This document shows, one piece after another, positions 1 to 9,333 of a DNA stretch of 47,458 nt; position 1 is the first letter of the stretch, and each line of letters begins with the position of its first letter. The notes beneath the pieces are model-generated. The model was not told the DNA's origin, did no database searches, and saw only the letters and a program-made list of their open reading frames with translations. Position numbers and translations under genes: made by a program. Origin of the DNA: a virus (taxonomy: Duplodnaviria; Caudoviricetes); the IMG/VR virus record IMGVR_UViG_3300032219_000617, positions 1-47,458 of that record, one strand, 5' to 3'.

Positions 1-2
1 GT

Positions 3-1259
3 AGCAGCGTCGCAAGACGCATGAACATGAAGACCTTCAGCTACTGCGTCAACATACTGTTTGGTCGCTAACTGCAATGCAGATGTTGGGTCTTGCGTAA
101 CAGCAACTGAGGTTAACCCTGCCAAAGTTGAAGCCGTAGCACCTAATGAAATAGCTGTTGAACCGATAGTTACAGAGCTGTTTGTCAATCCAGCGTTTGG
201 AATAGTAGCAACCGCAGTGACCGCTGAAGTTCCATTACCTACTAAATAACCAGTGAGAGTTGTTGCGCCTGTACCGCCATTTGCTACATTCAATGTGCCA
301 GCTAGAGTAACTGCTCCAGTTGTAGCTGTAGATGGGGTAAACCCTGTAGTTCCAGCACTAAATGAAGATACACCAGCTGAACCATTGCTTGCAGAAGTAA
401 TTTGACCTTGTGCGTTTACAGTAATATTTGCTGAGGTATAACTTCCTGCAGTTACAGCAGTGTTTGCTATAGAAATCGTACCTGTTGAGGTTATTGGACC
501 ACCTGTCAATCCTGTTCCTGTAGCTACCGAAGTAACCCCTGAACCAGTGGTAATTGCACCCCAAACATTGTTTGCATAGCCCTCAAAGAGAGCTAAGTCG
601 GAGTTATAACGAAGCATTCCGTTCACACCAGCTGGACGAGATGCTGTTCCGCCAGCAGGAACGGTTACGGATGCAACGCCGGGCAATATTGGATTAGAAG
701 CTAGAGCAATTGTTGGGCTACCACTTGCGCCATCACCATTTGTTACAGAAATCTGGTTTGCAGTCCCAATAATAGTCAAAATGCTTAGTGAGCTAGAACC
801 ATTAATAGCGACTAAACCAGTTCCACTAGCGCTCGCTAAAGTCAATAAATTGCCTGTAAGAGCAATGGTTGGGTTAGCTGATACGCCATCCCCGTTAGAA
901 ATGCTTAAACCGCTCCCAGAGACCGCAACAGAGCGACTGATGACCGTAGAGCCAGACTTGACTAAAACACCGTTAGAAAGGGCGTTAATCGTGGAAATAG
1001 CCCCTGTTAGACCGATACTATAGGTAGATTGCGCTCCACCGTCTGTGAGGTTTAAACCGCTTCCTACGGCTAAATAACGGCTGTTTGGAAGGCTTGCTTC
1101 TTGATTCTTAGTCAGGAATGTCTGAGTAAGGCTTGGGCTACTAATAATGGCATTGACCGTTGTTTGAACGGTTTGACCGTTTTGAACGATAGGAACTAGC
1201 TCAGTACCTGTTATGGCTGATGGAGCTGACGGAAGTTGTGATATGCGTATATTTGCCAT
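3..1259 (-). CDS. Tail fibre / virion fibre protein, runs off the left edge (partial)
   Basis: Not in ORF track. Read by hand from ATG at 1259: MANIRISQLPSAPSAITGTELVPIVQNGQTVQTT..., then Gly/Thr/Ser/Ala-rich repeats (GVTSVATGTGLTGGPITSTGTIS, GMLRYNSDLALFEGY, LATKQYVDAVAEGL) typical of phage fibres. No stop before position 1. Confidence 0.8.
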   Translation of the reverse strand, partial: MANIRISQLPSAPSAITGTELVPIVQNGQTVQTTVNAIISSPSLTQTFLTKNQEASLPNSRYLAVGSGLNLTDGGAQSTYSIGLTGAISTINALSNGVLVKSGSTVISRSVAVSGSGLSISNGDGVSANPTIALTGNLLTLASASGTGLVAINGSSSLSILTIIGTANQISVTNGDGASGSPTIALASNPILPGVASVTVPAGGTASRPAGVNGMLRYNSDLALFEGYANNVWGAITTGSGVTSVATGTGLTGGPITSTGTISIANTAVTAGSYTSANITVNAQGQITSASNGSAGVSSFSAGTTGFTPSTATTGAVTLAGTLNVANGGTGATTLTGYLVGNGTSAVTAVATIPNAGLTNSSVTIGSTAISLGATASTLAGLTSVAVTQDPTSALQLATKQYVDAVAEGLHVHASCDAA

Positions 1260-1261
1260 AA

Positions 1262-1612
1262 TTAAGAAGCCTGTTGACCGCTAATTGAAATAGTCAACCC
1301 AGTAGCCGAAGCCTGCACTTGGATTGTGTCGCCAGGGAACAAAGTCTGCGTCCCTGACCAATGATAACTGGTGTTAGCGGCTAATGAAACACCGTAAAAG
1401 ATTGCATTTGTTGTACCTGCTGTACCTGTAGCTGGGACTAAAAATACCCTGTATGTAAGCGCTCCAGCGGTGGTATTAGCAATAATGATGTCTTGCATCA
1501 AAGCACGAGTGTCTGAAGGCGTTGTATATACAATTACCGCAGAAGTAGTAATGGCTGATTGCGCCATTTTAACTGGTACAAACACCTCATAAGTTGGGAG
1601 AATTGGTGTCAT
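1262..1612 (-). CDS. Small beta-rich virion structural protein
   Basis: 116 aa, Thr/Ala/Val-rich, tightly packed in the late operon upstream of the fibre gene. Confidence 0.6.
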   Translation of the reverse strand: MTPILPTYEVFVPVKMAQSAITTSAVIVYTTPSDTRALMQDIIIANTTAGALTYRVFLVPATGTAGTTNAIFYGVSLAANTSYHWSGTQTLFPGDTIQVQASATGLTISISGQQAS

Positions 1613-1998
1613 TATGGGCTCAGGTTGTCGAGGTTGCCATCAATGTCGTCTTCTGATGTCTCAGGAGCAATACCGAATTCGCCTTCAGTAATTGGCGTAG
1701 GAGGACTGATATTTGGCGCTTGATTTGGGTCATTGCCAGTGTATGGGTCAGTCGTGATTGCATCACCTGTTGTAGCAACATCCGCATCTGGGCGAGGAAA
1801 CCGTACTGAAATCTTCTCAGTTTGGCGAGGAGGAAGCCTGTAAGGGTCACGCTCATCGTTGCAACCTTCGTTACATACACGCAGACCCGGCAAGTTTCTG
1901 TCTTGACCAATATCACTGTATGCCCTCTTCATCTTGCATCTGTCGCAGATTGCAATTGTGAGGACAGAGTTTCCGTGAGTATCTAACCATTTTGGCAT
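1612..1998 (-). CDS. Phage protein with Cys-based metal-binding motif (CDRC...CNEGC)
   Basis: 128 aa, CxxC plus CxxxC, TAATG-coupled to the next gene, structural operon context. Confidence 0.6.
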   Translation of the reverse strand: MPKWLDTHGNSVLTIAICDRCKMKRAYSDIGQDRNLPGLRVCNEGCNDERDPYRLPPRQTEKISVRFPRPDADVATTGDAITTDPYTGNDPNQAPNISPPTPITEGEFGIAPETSEDDIDGNLDNLSP

Positions 1999-2001
1999 GA
2001 A

Positions 2002-3060
2002 TTATCTCGTGTACGGAGCAATATTAGGCGCAAAGTAGATAGGCGACTTGTCACGCTCTTCTTGCTCTGCTTGATTTAGGTACTTTTCAGCCTGAGCTTC
2101 GCAATAAGCAATCCGAGCAGGTTCAACATTAGGTAATTCCATCGCCATTTGGTGAGCCAACATGTTCTGAATAGCCAAATACCAACGCTGTGGTATCTCA
2201 ATTTCACCTGAAAGAGCTCCAACATCCTGAATATAGCGTGAGCACCAAGCGACAATCTGTGGGTAATACACATTTGGTGTGGGCCAGAGGTACATTTCTG
2301 GTTGAGGAATCGTCCTGTTAAACCAATACTGCAACGGACGGTTGCTAGTAAAATTCTTATTCGGCAAATTGGTGTAATCGTCACGGTTTAAGCGTGCCAA
2401 TGGGATTTCGTATGGGTTTGAACCAAAGACTACTTGGAAAACGCCCATGTTTGCACCAGCTGTCTGCAAGATTCTCCAATAAGGAGCACTTTCTGATGGG
2501 TCAAGGTCGTAATAAATCCATGTTCCAGACACCCAACTTTCCGCACCGGGGCTATATATTGTTGTCCAAGTAGTTCCATCTTGCGAATACTGAATCTGAA
2601 CAGTTACAGAAGCTGAAATAGCAGGAAGAATGCCTACTGTAGCCATGTAAATGTCATTACCAGTACCGTTATTGATGCCGATAGAGCTGGAATTATTAGT
2701 ACATTGGCAAATGTTAGTGTATTGACCATCAAATGCATTTGAGCCATTACCAGTGGTTGAATAACCGCCAGTAGTGTTTTGCGTTACGGTACGGATATTA
2801 GCGTTTAAAACATCATTAACGCTTACTGGAAGACTCCAGATAAACTGGTCAGGAGTCAATCCATAGACAACCTTCTCAATTGCCCAATACTGAATGCCAC
2901 GGTTAGCTAAATTGGAAAGAAGATAAAACAGGCTGTCTTTAGACGCATTGACTTGCTCATTAGTCAGCTCTTCGGCTAATTTACCTGCTCTACGAGCTCC
3001 ATGGTCAATTAGATTTTGAACCGATATAACTGTCTGACCGTATTCTCCACTTGTACTCAT
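2002..3060 (-). CDS. Head-tail adaptor/connector-like protein with inserted discoidin (F5/8 type C)-like domain
   Basis: Helical N-terminus (LIDHGARRAG...LLSNLANRG) and C-terminal YLWPTP...EIPQRWYLAI typical of adaptor proteins. The middle has NAFDG...QYSQDGTTW...YWRI. Confidence 0.6.
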   Translation of the reverse strand: MSTSGEYGQTVISVQNLIDHGARRAGKLAEELTNEQVNASKDSLFYLLSNLANRGIQYWAIEKVVYGLTPDQFIWSLPVSVNDVLNANIRTVTQNTTGGYSTTGNGSNAFDGQYTNICQCTNNSSSIGINNGTGNDIYMATVGILPAISASVTVQIQYSQDGTTWTTIYSPGAESWVSGTWIYYDLDPSESAPYWRILQTAGANMGVFQVVFGSNPYEIPLARLNRDDYTNLPNKNFTSNRPLQYWFNRTIPQPEMYLWPTPNVYYPQIVAWCSRYIQDVGALSGEIEIPQRWYLAIQNMLAHQMAMELPNVEPARIAYCEAQAEKYLNQAEQEERDKSPIYFAPNIAPYTR

Positions 3061-3063
3061 TAA

Positions 3064-3315
3064 TCACCATCCTGGGCATTTCCAGCGTTTTAAAGAGGCT
3101 TTTGCTCTAGGAGCATCGCCTTTTGACTTTTCTACTACACCGCTCATTCTTGCACAGAACGAATCTTTTCTTGCACCACCTTTGGGTTGAGGGGCTTTCA
3201 AATTCGACCCCGTCTCCCTATTATACTTCGCACGACCTTTAGCAGTAAGTCCTGCACCTTGCTTTACTGATAGCTTTTCACCACGACCAACACTCAAAGA
3301 CGGATTTTTTGCCAT
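3064..3315 (-). CDS. Small basic conserved phage protein (DUF6321-like)
   Basis: GLTAKGRAKYNRETGSNLKAPQ...SFCARMSG...SLKRWKC pattern recognised from memory. Confidence 0.6.
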   Translation of the reverse strand: MAKNPSLSVGRGEKLSVKQGAGLTAKGRAKYNRETGSNLKAPQPKGGARKDSFCARMSGVVEKSKGDAPRAKASLKRWKCPGW

Positions 3316-3318
3316 GAT

Positions 3319-3771
3319 TTAATAACAAAGTTTTTTTGCTTTGCCACCAGATTTCTTCTTAGCAGTCTTAGCGGCTTCAACAAAGTCCGCTTTAGAAGGC
3401 GCACCCTTAGCACCAGCTTTACGCATTTTTTCACCAGAACCAGCTGCAATTCGTGCCTTCTTTTTATGAATATTTTCATACAAGCCACCACCAGCCATTT
3501 TTTTTGCTGAAAATACTTTTTCCACAATCTTTATCCTCTCAGGTTTGGTTGTTGCTTGACTGACAATTTTTAAACGCTCTGATTTGCTTTTACCTGTTTC
3601 ATAAAACCCAGCTTTTTTCAAAGACTTAACCGCTCCACCATCATTCATTTTTTTGTCCGCCTCTGCAAAGTCTTTACCGACTTTCTGCGGAATACCTACT
3701 TTTTTAGCAAACTTTGGGTTATGAGCCACAGCTTCCATCAAGTTGTGCTGAGCCTTAGACTTGCTTGGCAT
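3319..3771 (-). CDS. Lys-rich basic protein of three modules joined by xxGG linkers
   Basis: 150 aa, with KKMNDGG, KKMAGGG and KKSGG separating short basic segments. Confidence 0.7.
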   Translation of the reverse strand: MPSKSKAQHNLMEAVAHNPKFAKKVGIPQKVGKDFAEADKKMNDGGAVKSLKKAGFYETGKSKSERLKIVSQATTKPERIKIVEKVFSAKKMAGGGLYENIHKKKARIAAGSGEKMRKAGAKGAPSKADFVEAAKTAKKKSGGKAKKLCY

Positions 3772-3772
3772 A

Positions 3773-4204
3773 TCAAGGATTAGCTTGAGTCTGGTAAGGA
3801 TTTACATAATACTTAATCATCTCAAGGACAATAGTATAAGTATCACCTGCTGAAGCATCTAGAGTGGTGAAGGTAATTGCACCATCCACACCAGTACCAG
3901 CATTGTTTTTTAATCCACCAAAGTTAGTGTAATTCTGTGTGTAAGAATTGTTCTGTGGAACAGTTTCAATTACTACAGGAGTTGTAGCTTTCCACTTCAG
4001 TTGCACTTCCATGCCATGGGTTAATCCTGTAATTTTGGTGATAGACACACGATTACATGCACAACCAGATGCTGATGGAGTAAGCGAAGCAGGGTTTACT
4101 TTAATGACATTGGTTTCACCAGTACCATCGCTAGTATTGGTAAATTTCATGATAGCGGTATGCTCACCATCAAAAATTGTTTGACTTCCGACTGCATCAG
4201 CCAT
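3773..4204 (-). CDS. Virion structural protein (beta-rich)
   Basis: 143 aa, GGAG SD upstream, late operon context. Confidence 0.6.
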   Translation of the reverse strand: MADAVGSQTIFDGEHTAIMKFTNTSDGTGETNVIKVNPASLTPSASGCACNRVSITKITGLTHGMEVQLKWKATTPVVIETVPQNNSYTQNYTNFGGLKNNAGTGVDGAITFTTLDASAGDTYTIVLEMIKYYVNPYQTQANP

Positions 4205-4220
4205 TGTATTTCTCCGAGTT

Positions 4221-4250
4221 AAAAAGGAGGGTAGGTTTCCCTACCCATCC
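4221..4250 (-). terminator. Intrinsic terminator
   Basis: Minus strand reads GGGTAGG-GAAA-CCTACCC followed by TCCTTTTT, just after the stop of 4256..4900. Confidence 0.7.
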
Positions 4251-4255
4251 AATTT

Positions 4256-4900
4256 TTAGCACTTAGCCATTTTCTTCATCTGAGTAAAGCCACCTTCAGA
4301 TTTGCAGACCATTTCTGCATGACCGCCTTTTTTGTACCCAGCTACCATACCACCGCTTTTGTACTTAGAACGCTCGATACCGCCAGTTTTTGCACTGGTT
4401 TTTCCGCCATGCTTATATTTGGATAGCTCAATACCGCCAGTTGTTCCCTTTTTATTGGAACGAGTAGCACTGATACCGCCTAAAAGACCGCCTGGTGTAT
4501 TGTTCTTAGCATATTTAGAAGAACCGCCCATCTTCAAACCTTTATGAGCTTTAGAAGCTTTCATAGATTCATGAGATTTAAGCTCTTTTTCAACTTTGCC
4601 AATCTTCTTCATTTCAGCTTTGTGAACAGCCTTAGACTCAACTTCTCCACCCTTCTTACGCATTACTGAAGAGGGTACTGAGCCCATTGCCATTGGTTGT
4701 TGCATAGAAGAACGACCCATAGCGGAGGCAGGAGCCATGCGAGCCCGTGGGCGTGCAGGGTATCCAGCCATTGGGTTTCCACCCATAGCCATCTTTTTGG
4801 TTTTGCCACCTTTTTTCATGCCCATTCCGACTTCGTCTACAGAAGGTTCTGTAGTCTTCATCATTGGCTGACGCATAAACTTTTTCTTAGTTGCTTTCAT
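4256..4900 (-). CDS. Lys/Met/Gly-rich low-complexity basic protein with seven xxxGG motifs
   Basis: 214 aa, AGGAG SD. Motifs MKKGG, MAMGG, RKKGG, LKMGG, YKHGG, YKSGG, YKKGG, plus an internal duplication TGGIE.SKYK.GG. Confidence 0.75.
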   Translation of the reverse strand: MKATKKKFMRQPMMKTTEPSVDEVGMGMKKGGKTKKMAMGGNPMAGYPARPRARMAPASAMGRSSMQQPMAMGSVPSSVMRKKGGEVESKAVHKAEMKKIGKVEKELKSHESMKASKAHKGLKMGGSSKYAKNNTPGGLLGGISATRSNKKGTTGGIELSKYKHGGKTSAKTGGIERSKYKSGGMVAGYKKGGHAEMVCKSEGGFTQMKKMAKC

Positions 4901-4913
4901 TTAAGTCTCCTAA

Positions 4914-6161
4914 TTAGGCTTGAGTAACGCCAAGAGCGCCAACACGGGTTGCATTTGGACCTACGGCAATCGCAGGGCAGGCAATACACATAACTAAACG
5001 CTTGATACCGTCACATGCTCCGCTAGGGGCAAATGTTCCACGAACATCACCAGTTGTAGTGGTTGCTGTTGCTGTAGCTGCGGCTACAAAATTTCCAGCG
5101 TTAGCCGCTAAGGTGTTGTTGTATTTTGCATTGACAATATATCCTGCATCGAATACACGAATTGGAAGACCTATTACATCTGTTGTTCCAACAGTCAGAG
5201 CAGTACCAGTAGCGCCACTTACCGACACAGAAGTGATAAGGTAGAAGGCTTTTAAACCATTCACAGCAGTGCTTACAGCGGCGCTAGAAGTGATTGCTTC
5301 ACTCATTGCTTGACCGTAATAGTCAAAACCAGAAACGGTAACCGTCACAGGAGCAACACCCAAGGTGTAAGTCAAACCTGTTGGCGTACCTGCGGTGGTT
5401 ACAACTGCCGCGCCTGCTGTAGTAGTCAAGGTTGCAGAAGTCGATGTCACAGCGGTTAAGATGTAAGTTGTTGGGTTGGTGTAACCAGTGATAGTACCTG
5501 TGCCACCTAAAGTGCCAGAGATAGTCAAACGCTGACCAGTTACCAAACCAGCTTGCGAGGTAAAGGTAATACCACCTGATGTGTTTGCAATTACAACGCT
5601 AGACAAAGTGGCAACAGCGGCGGTTGCAGTTGTTACGCTAACGCCACGAGCCACATCAAGAGACAAAGCGGAAGTACCTGCGATTGTGGTGACTGACCTT
5701 ACAGAAGTTCCAGCCGTTAATGTCAATGCACTAGCAACGGTAGGGGTTTGCGACGCACAAATATTGTTTGCAATAGCTGCTTGTGGAACAACATCAAAAA
5801 TGTAAACACGACCCATTGGACCTAAGCCCAAAGACATTGGAGCTGGGTTGTCAAAATTAATATTGTTATGCAGTGTTAGTGCAGTAGTGTTTGCAATGTT
5901 AATTGCTTGATTGAGGGTATAAGTACCTGTACCACCGTTACCAGTGCCAAAAGCAGTGATAAAAGTGCCATCGGTTACGCTTGTTCCATCAACAAACATA
6001 CCTAAAGCAATTGGAGCTCCTTGATTGAGAGCAGTAATTGTTAAGGTTGATGAGGAAGAACCACCAGTACCACCAGTTGCGGTAGTGGAATATGGGCGAA
6101 TACCAGTACCAATATAAGTTTGGGCTGGGCCTAGAAATAAATCATCTGAAAATTGTGGCAT
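4914..6161 (-). CDS. Capsid-associated decoration/fibre protein
   Basis: 415 aa, Thr/Ala/Gly-rich, directly downstream of the major capsid gene, AAGGAG SD. Confidence 0.6.
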   Translation of the reverse strand: MPQFSDDLFLGPAQTYIGTGIRPYSTTATGGTGGSSSSTLTITALNQGAPIALGMFVDGTSVTDGTFITAFGTGNGGTGTYTLNQAINIANTTALTLHNNINFDNPAPMSLGLGPMGRVYIFDVVPQAAIANNICASQTPTVASALTLTAGTSVRSVTTIAGTSALSLDVARGVSVTTATAAVATLSSVVIANTSGGITFTSQAGLVTGQRLTISGTLGGTGTITGYTNPTTYILTAVTSTSATLTTTAGAAVVTTAGTPTGLTYTLGVAPVTVTVSGFDYYGQAMSEAITSSAAVSTAVNGLKAFYLITSVSVSGATGTALTVGTTDVIGLPIRVFDAGYIVNAKYNNTLAANAGNFVAAATATATTTTGDVRGTFAPSGACDGIKRLVMCIACPAIAVGPNATRVGALGVTQA

Positions 6162-6189
6162 TTGTCTTTCTCCTTGAAAAGCTTAGACG

Positions 6190-6219
6190 AAATAAAGTGG
6201 GGGATTAAGGTTCCCCCAC
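6190..6219 (-). terminator. Intrinsic terminator after major capsid gene
   Basis: 8-bp stem GTGGGGGA/TCCCCCAC followed on the minus strand by TTTATTT. Confidence 0.65.
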
Positions 6220-6234
6220 ATCACCTTAGAAGCA

Positions 6235-7149
6235 TTAAGCCCCTGGCGTACCGTAGAGTGAGCGCCAGTCAGTCCATCCGAAAACATAACGCTCTGTCGC
6301 TTTGTAGCGCATAGAGTCAGTTTCAAAATCGCCTTCCATGGTCTTCTCTAAAGCACGACGCATCAGAAGTTTTAAACCTTCTGGAGCATCGGTTTGTACC
6401 CACCAGTTTGTTGCTGATGTCAAACGGCTGATTACAGTGCAACCTTCTGGCAACAATCCAATTGATTTAATTGGGTTGATGTCATTGTTTGCAGTACCTG
6501 TACGCAGTACGCTCTTCAACAGAACTTCAGCTTGGAACACATTGCCTGGGGCAACAACAAGCTTCAAAGGTTGGAGACGGATTTTCTTACCATTGTTGTC
6601 AACGGCTTGACGAATCTGAATCAACATTTGTTCGAGTGATGTTTGGCTTAGGGCGGCTGCGGTTGTCAGCTGATTGCTTGTCGTACCGATAGCGAGTGGA
6701 TGTGCAGTGTTAATCAAAGACACACCATCACCACCTACATACGAGCTATTAAACGCACGGTTCAGGATGTTAGCGCCTAAAGTTTCCTTAGTTTCAACCA
6801 GAGATTGAGCTAAGTGCTTGGCGTATACCTGACCAATGCGGATGTGGTCACCGTCTTCAACCAAAACCTTGGTCAAAGCAAATGCCAAGCCGTACACATT
6901 GTAGACATAGCGTTGGAGGAATAGAACACCACCTTGTTGGTATGAAACAGGTGAGCCATCAGGTAACTGAGGCGCTGCTCCAAAACCGTACAAAACAGGT
7001 TCTTCGTGGTAGTTACGGGGAATACCAGCTTGCTCACGGAACACAGTGCTCCATTCGTCAGCTCGTTGGTCATAAACACCGTCAAAACTTTCATTTAGGA
7101 TTGGCTCAACAATAGAGCGAAAATCCGTACTTCTCATCGGGGCTGCCAT
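6235..7149 (-). CDS. Major capsid protein (HK97 fold, Mu gpT-like family)
   Basis: 304 aa. Contains YGLAFALTKVLVED, GGDGVSLINTAHP, LVVAP, LRTGTANNDIN and C-terminal RYKATERYVFGWTDWRSLYG. Lies after scaffold and decoration genes and is followed by a terminator. Confidence 0.88.
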   Translation of the reverse strand: MAAPMRSTDFRSIVEPILNESFDGVYDQRADEWSTVFREQAGIPRNYHEEPVLYGFGAAPQLPDGSPVSYQQGGVLFLQRYVYNVYGLAFALTKVLVEDGDHIRIGQVYAKHLAQSLVETKETLGANILNRAFNSSYVGGDGVSLINTAHPLAIGTTSNQLTTAAALSQTSLEQMLIQIRQAVDNNGKKIRLQPLKLVVAPGNVFQAEVLLKSVLRTGTANNDINPIKSIGLLPEGCTVISRLTSATNWWVQTDAPEGLKLLMRRALEKTMEGDFETDSMRYKATERYVFGWTDWRSLYGTPGA

Positions 7150-7164
7150 TTGTCAGTCTCCTAA

Positions 7165-7773
7165 TTAAACAACCGAGGCGTAAACGCCATAGAATTGTGT
7201 ATTTGTTAATTGGACACGAACAATAACATACGCATCCCCCCAGTTGTTGTCTGGATATGGAGCAATATCAACAACACGCATTTGACCTGTGGTAGCGGCA
7301 TCTGCTACAGCTGTTGAAACACCCAAAGTCGCAGCTGACAAACCTGTCGTGGTCGAACCAGCAGTGATGTTACTGAATAAAAAAGTACCACCAATTGAGG
7401 TTTGAGCCATAGTCGCATCAGATTGAATCTCATAAACGATGTTTAAGTCGTTGTAGAAATACGCAATGATGTATGTACCTGTTGTGCCTGAGGGCCAATA
7501 GTTACTTACACGACGACGACCAGTTGTATCAGTAAATTCAACACCAGCAAAAGCGCCAGTAACGGGAGTGTTAGAGGTGGCTACGGCTGGGAGAATCGTA
7601 CCGTTGGTTGATACGCCTGTCTGGTTAGAAGCTTCACCGTAAACGATGGGCTGACCTTTCAGGATATTGGCTGCAAAGCCAGAGTTAATACCGTTGGTTA
7701 ACGCTTGAGCTCTTTCCAAACCAGTTGGGAAGTAGGCTGGGCGTAAGCCAAACGGAGCATTTGTTGCGGACAT
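7165..7773 (-). CDS. Head decoration/cement protein
   Basis: 202 aa starting MSATNAPFGLRP, beta-rich, immediately upstream of the capsid gene. Confidence 0.6.
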   Translation of the reverse strand: MSATNAPFGLRPAYFPTGLERAQALTNGINSGFAANILKGQPIVYGEASNQTGVSTNGTILPAVATSNTPVTGAFAGVEFTDTTGRRRVSNYWPSGTTGTYIIAYFYNDLNIVYEIQSDATMAQTSIGGTFLFSNITAGSTTTGLSAATLGVSTAVADAATTGQMRVVDIAPYPDNNWGDAYVIVRVQLTNTQFYGVYASVV

Positions 7774-7793
7774 AAATATCTCCTTGTTAAGCC

Positions 7794-8327
7794 CTACATG
7801 AATGTAGGAGCTTTAGCAGTTTGGTCAAAGTTCATGCCTTCACCTTCAACTTGCCCAAGTCGTTTCCCATTACTGTCCTTAGCGTTTAACAACGATTCTT
7901 GCTGAATCTTAATCTTTTCCTGTTCATCCATAGGAGCGTTATGATGCAGTTCGACCATCATTTCTTGATAAAGTTCTTCTGGAAGCTTATAAAGAATCAT
8001 TTCGTTGCAAGCGACTAATCCTGCGTGTTCACCAGATTTCACTCTGTATGTATCAAAGCCGCTGACTTCCTCAGCTTTAACAGGTGTATATCCAAGGCGT
8101 ACACGCTTGTGTATTGGGTCGTATTGGTTTGTTGTTGATAACCAGCATAAGTGGAACCCCTTGATAGCAGGGGGATTCGGAAGGGCTTCTTGCATCCATT
8201 CCGAGCGGAACATCTTACGACGCTCATCTGATGATACTAATGAATCCTCAATAGGTGCTCTATCTAAATCGTTAACGCCACGATTTTCACGACCTGCTGA
8301 AGTATTCTTTTTTAATCTGGAGTCCAT
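7794..8327 (-). CDS. Conserved head-module protein, function unknown
   Basis: 177 aa, LPNPP..GFHLCWLS...GYTPV motif, between scaffold and decoration genes. Confidence 0.65.
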   Translation of the reverse strand: MDSRLKKNTSAGRENRGVNDLDRAPIEDSLVSSDERRKMFRSEWMQEALPNPPAIKGFHLCWLSTTNQYDPIHKRVRLGYTPVKAEEVSGFDTYRVKSGEHAGLVACNEMILYKLPEELYQEMMVELHHNAPMDEQEKIKIQQESLLNAKDSNGKRLGQVEGEGMNFDQTAKAPTFM

Positions 8328-8332
8328 ATTGA

Positions 8333-9313
8333 TTAACCTTTAAGTTTGTTGGTTTTGTCCCACTCAGCATATTTGCGAATGGCTTTTTGTTTAAGTTCTG
8401 GGTTGTCCCACATACCAGCTTCTTTCATGGCGGCGACACGGTCAGGACTAAGTCGGAACTCATTCCCTCTAGCGCTACCACTGGACTCTCTACCTGAACT
8501 CGTCACAACAGACCTCGGTCTTTCTTTACGGTTGGAATCATTATATCCACGATTTGATTTTTGTGGAATAAATTTTGCAACTCTGTCATCAAGTTCATCC
8601 CAATAATCTTCTGATGCTGGGTCGTAACCTTCTGCGGTGAGTTTTTTGTCAATCATCATTGCAATTTCTGACTCCTCGTTACGACCATGTGGGTCATACC
8701 AAGTATTGCGTTCCATCCAATCCGAAGCCAACTTTTGTACCATTGGGTCAGGGACTGCGATGTTTTGGCGTGGCTGAGATAGTTGCTTGGTGGCTTGGCT
8801 TTTAACACTTTCAAGGGATTCCATCTTGCGTTTAGCCTCAAACCACATCTCTTGAGCACGGGTTAATGAAGCACCGTCTGCTGCGTTTACTGCTTCTTGC
8901 ATCTTCATTTTGGCGTACTCAACCTGAACTCCAGCATCCTCGATAGCCTTGTCCACTCGTGCAAGCTCTGCACCAGAGGTCTTCTTCTCGATAACTGCTA
9001 GGCGCTCAGCCAACTCGTCATTGCGTCTTTTTAGTGAAGATATGAGATGGTTAGATTCTTTAAGCTTCTCACGGTTGATTTGCTTCTTAAGGCGACGCTC
9101 TTCACGACGAGTCTCCCTTAAAGCTTCACGCTCTTCACTAACTTCATTGTCATCAGAATCATCGTCTGCACGGTATTCTGATTCGGGTTTACCCTGAGAG
9201 TCTTCCTCATTAAACTCAGGTAATAGCGACTTATCGCTTTCGGCAAGCTGAACGACAGCAGAACCATCCTGCTCCTCATCCACTTGCATTTCCATCTTTT
9301 GGGTTGGGTTCAT
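8333..9313 (-). CDS. Capsid scaffolding protein
   Basis: 326 aa with an acidic N-terminus, long coiled coil and C-terminal RLSPDRVAAMKEAG helix. Lies between portal and capsid genes. Confidence 0.7.
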   Translation of the reverse strand: MNPTQKMEMQVDEEQDGSAVVQLAESDKSLLPEFNEEDSQGKPESEYRADDDSDDNEVSEEREALRETRREERRLKKQINREKLKESNHLISSLKRRNDELAERLAVIEKKTSGAELARVDKAIEDAGVQVEYAKMKMQEAVNAADGASLTRAQEMWFEAKRKMESLESVKSQATKQLSQPRQNIAVPDPMVQKLASDWMERNTWYDPHGRNEESEIAMMIDKKLTAEGYDPASEDYWDELDDRVAKFIPQKSNRGYNDSNRKERPRSVVTSSGRESSGSARGNEFRLSPDRVAAMKEAGMWDNPELKQKAIRKYAEWDKTNKLKG

Positions 9314-9333
9314 TTACAGTTTCCTTTCAAAAC

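Noticed and set aside
61-1023. Short track ORFs 61..249, 358..564 and 781..1023
   Set aside because: They are shadows of the long minus-strand fibre gene (3..1259), which the track omitted because it runs off the edge.
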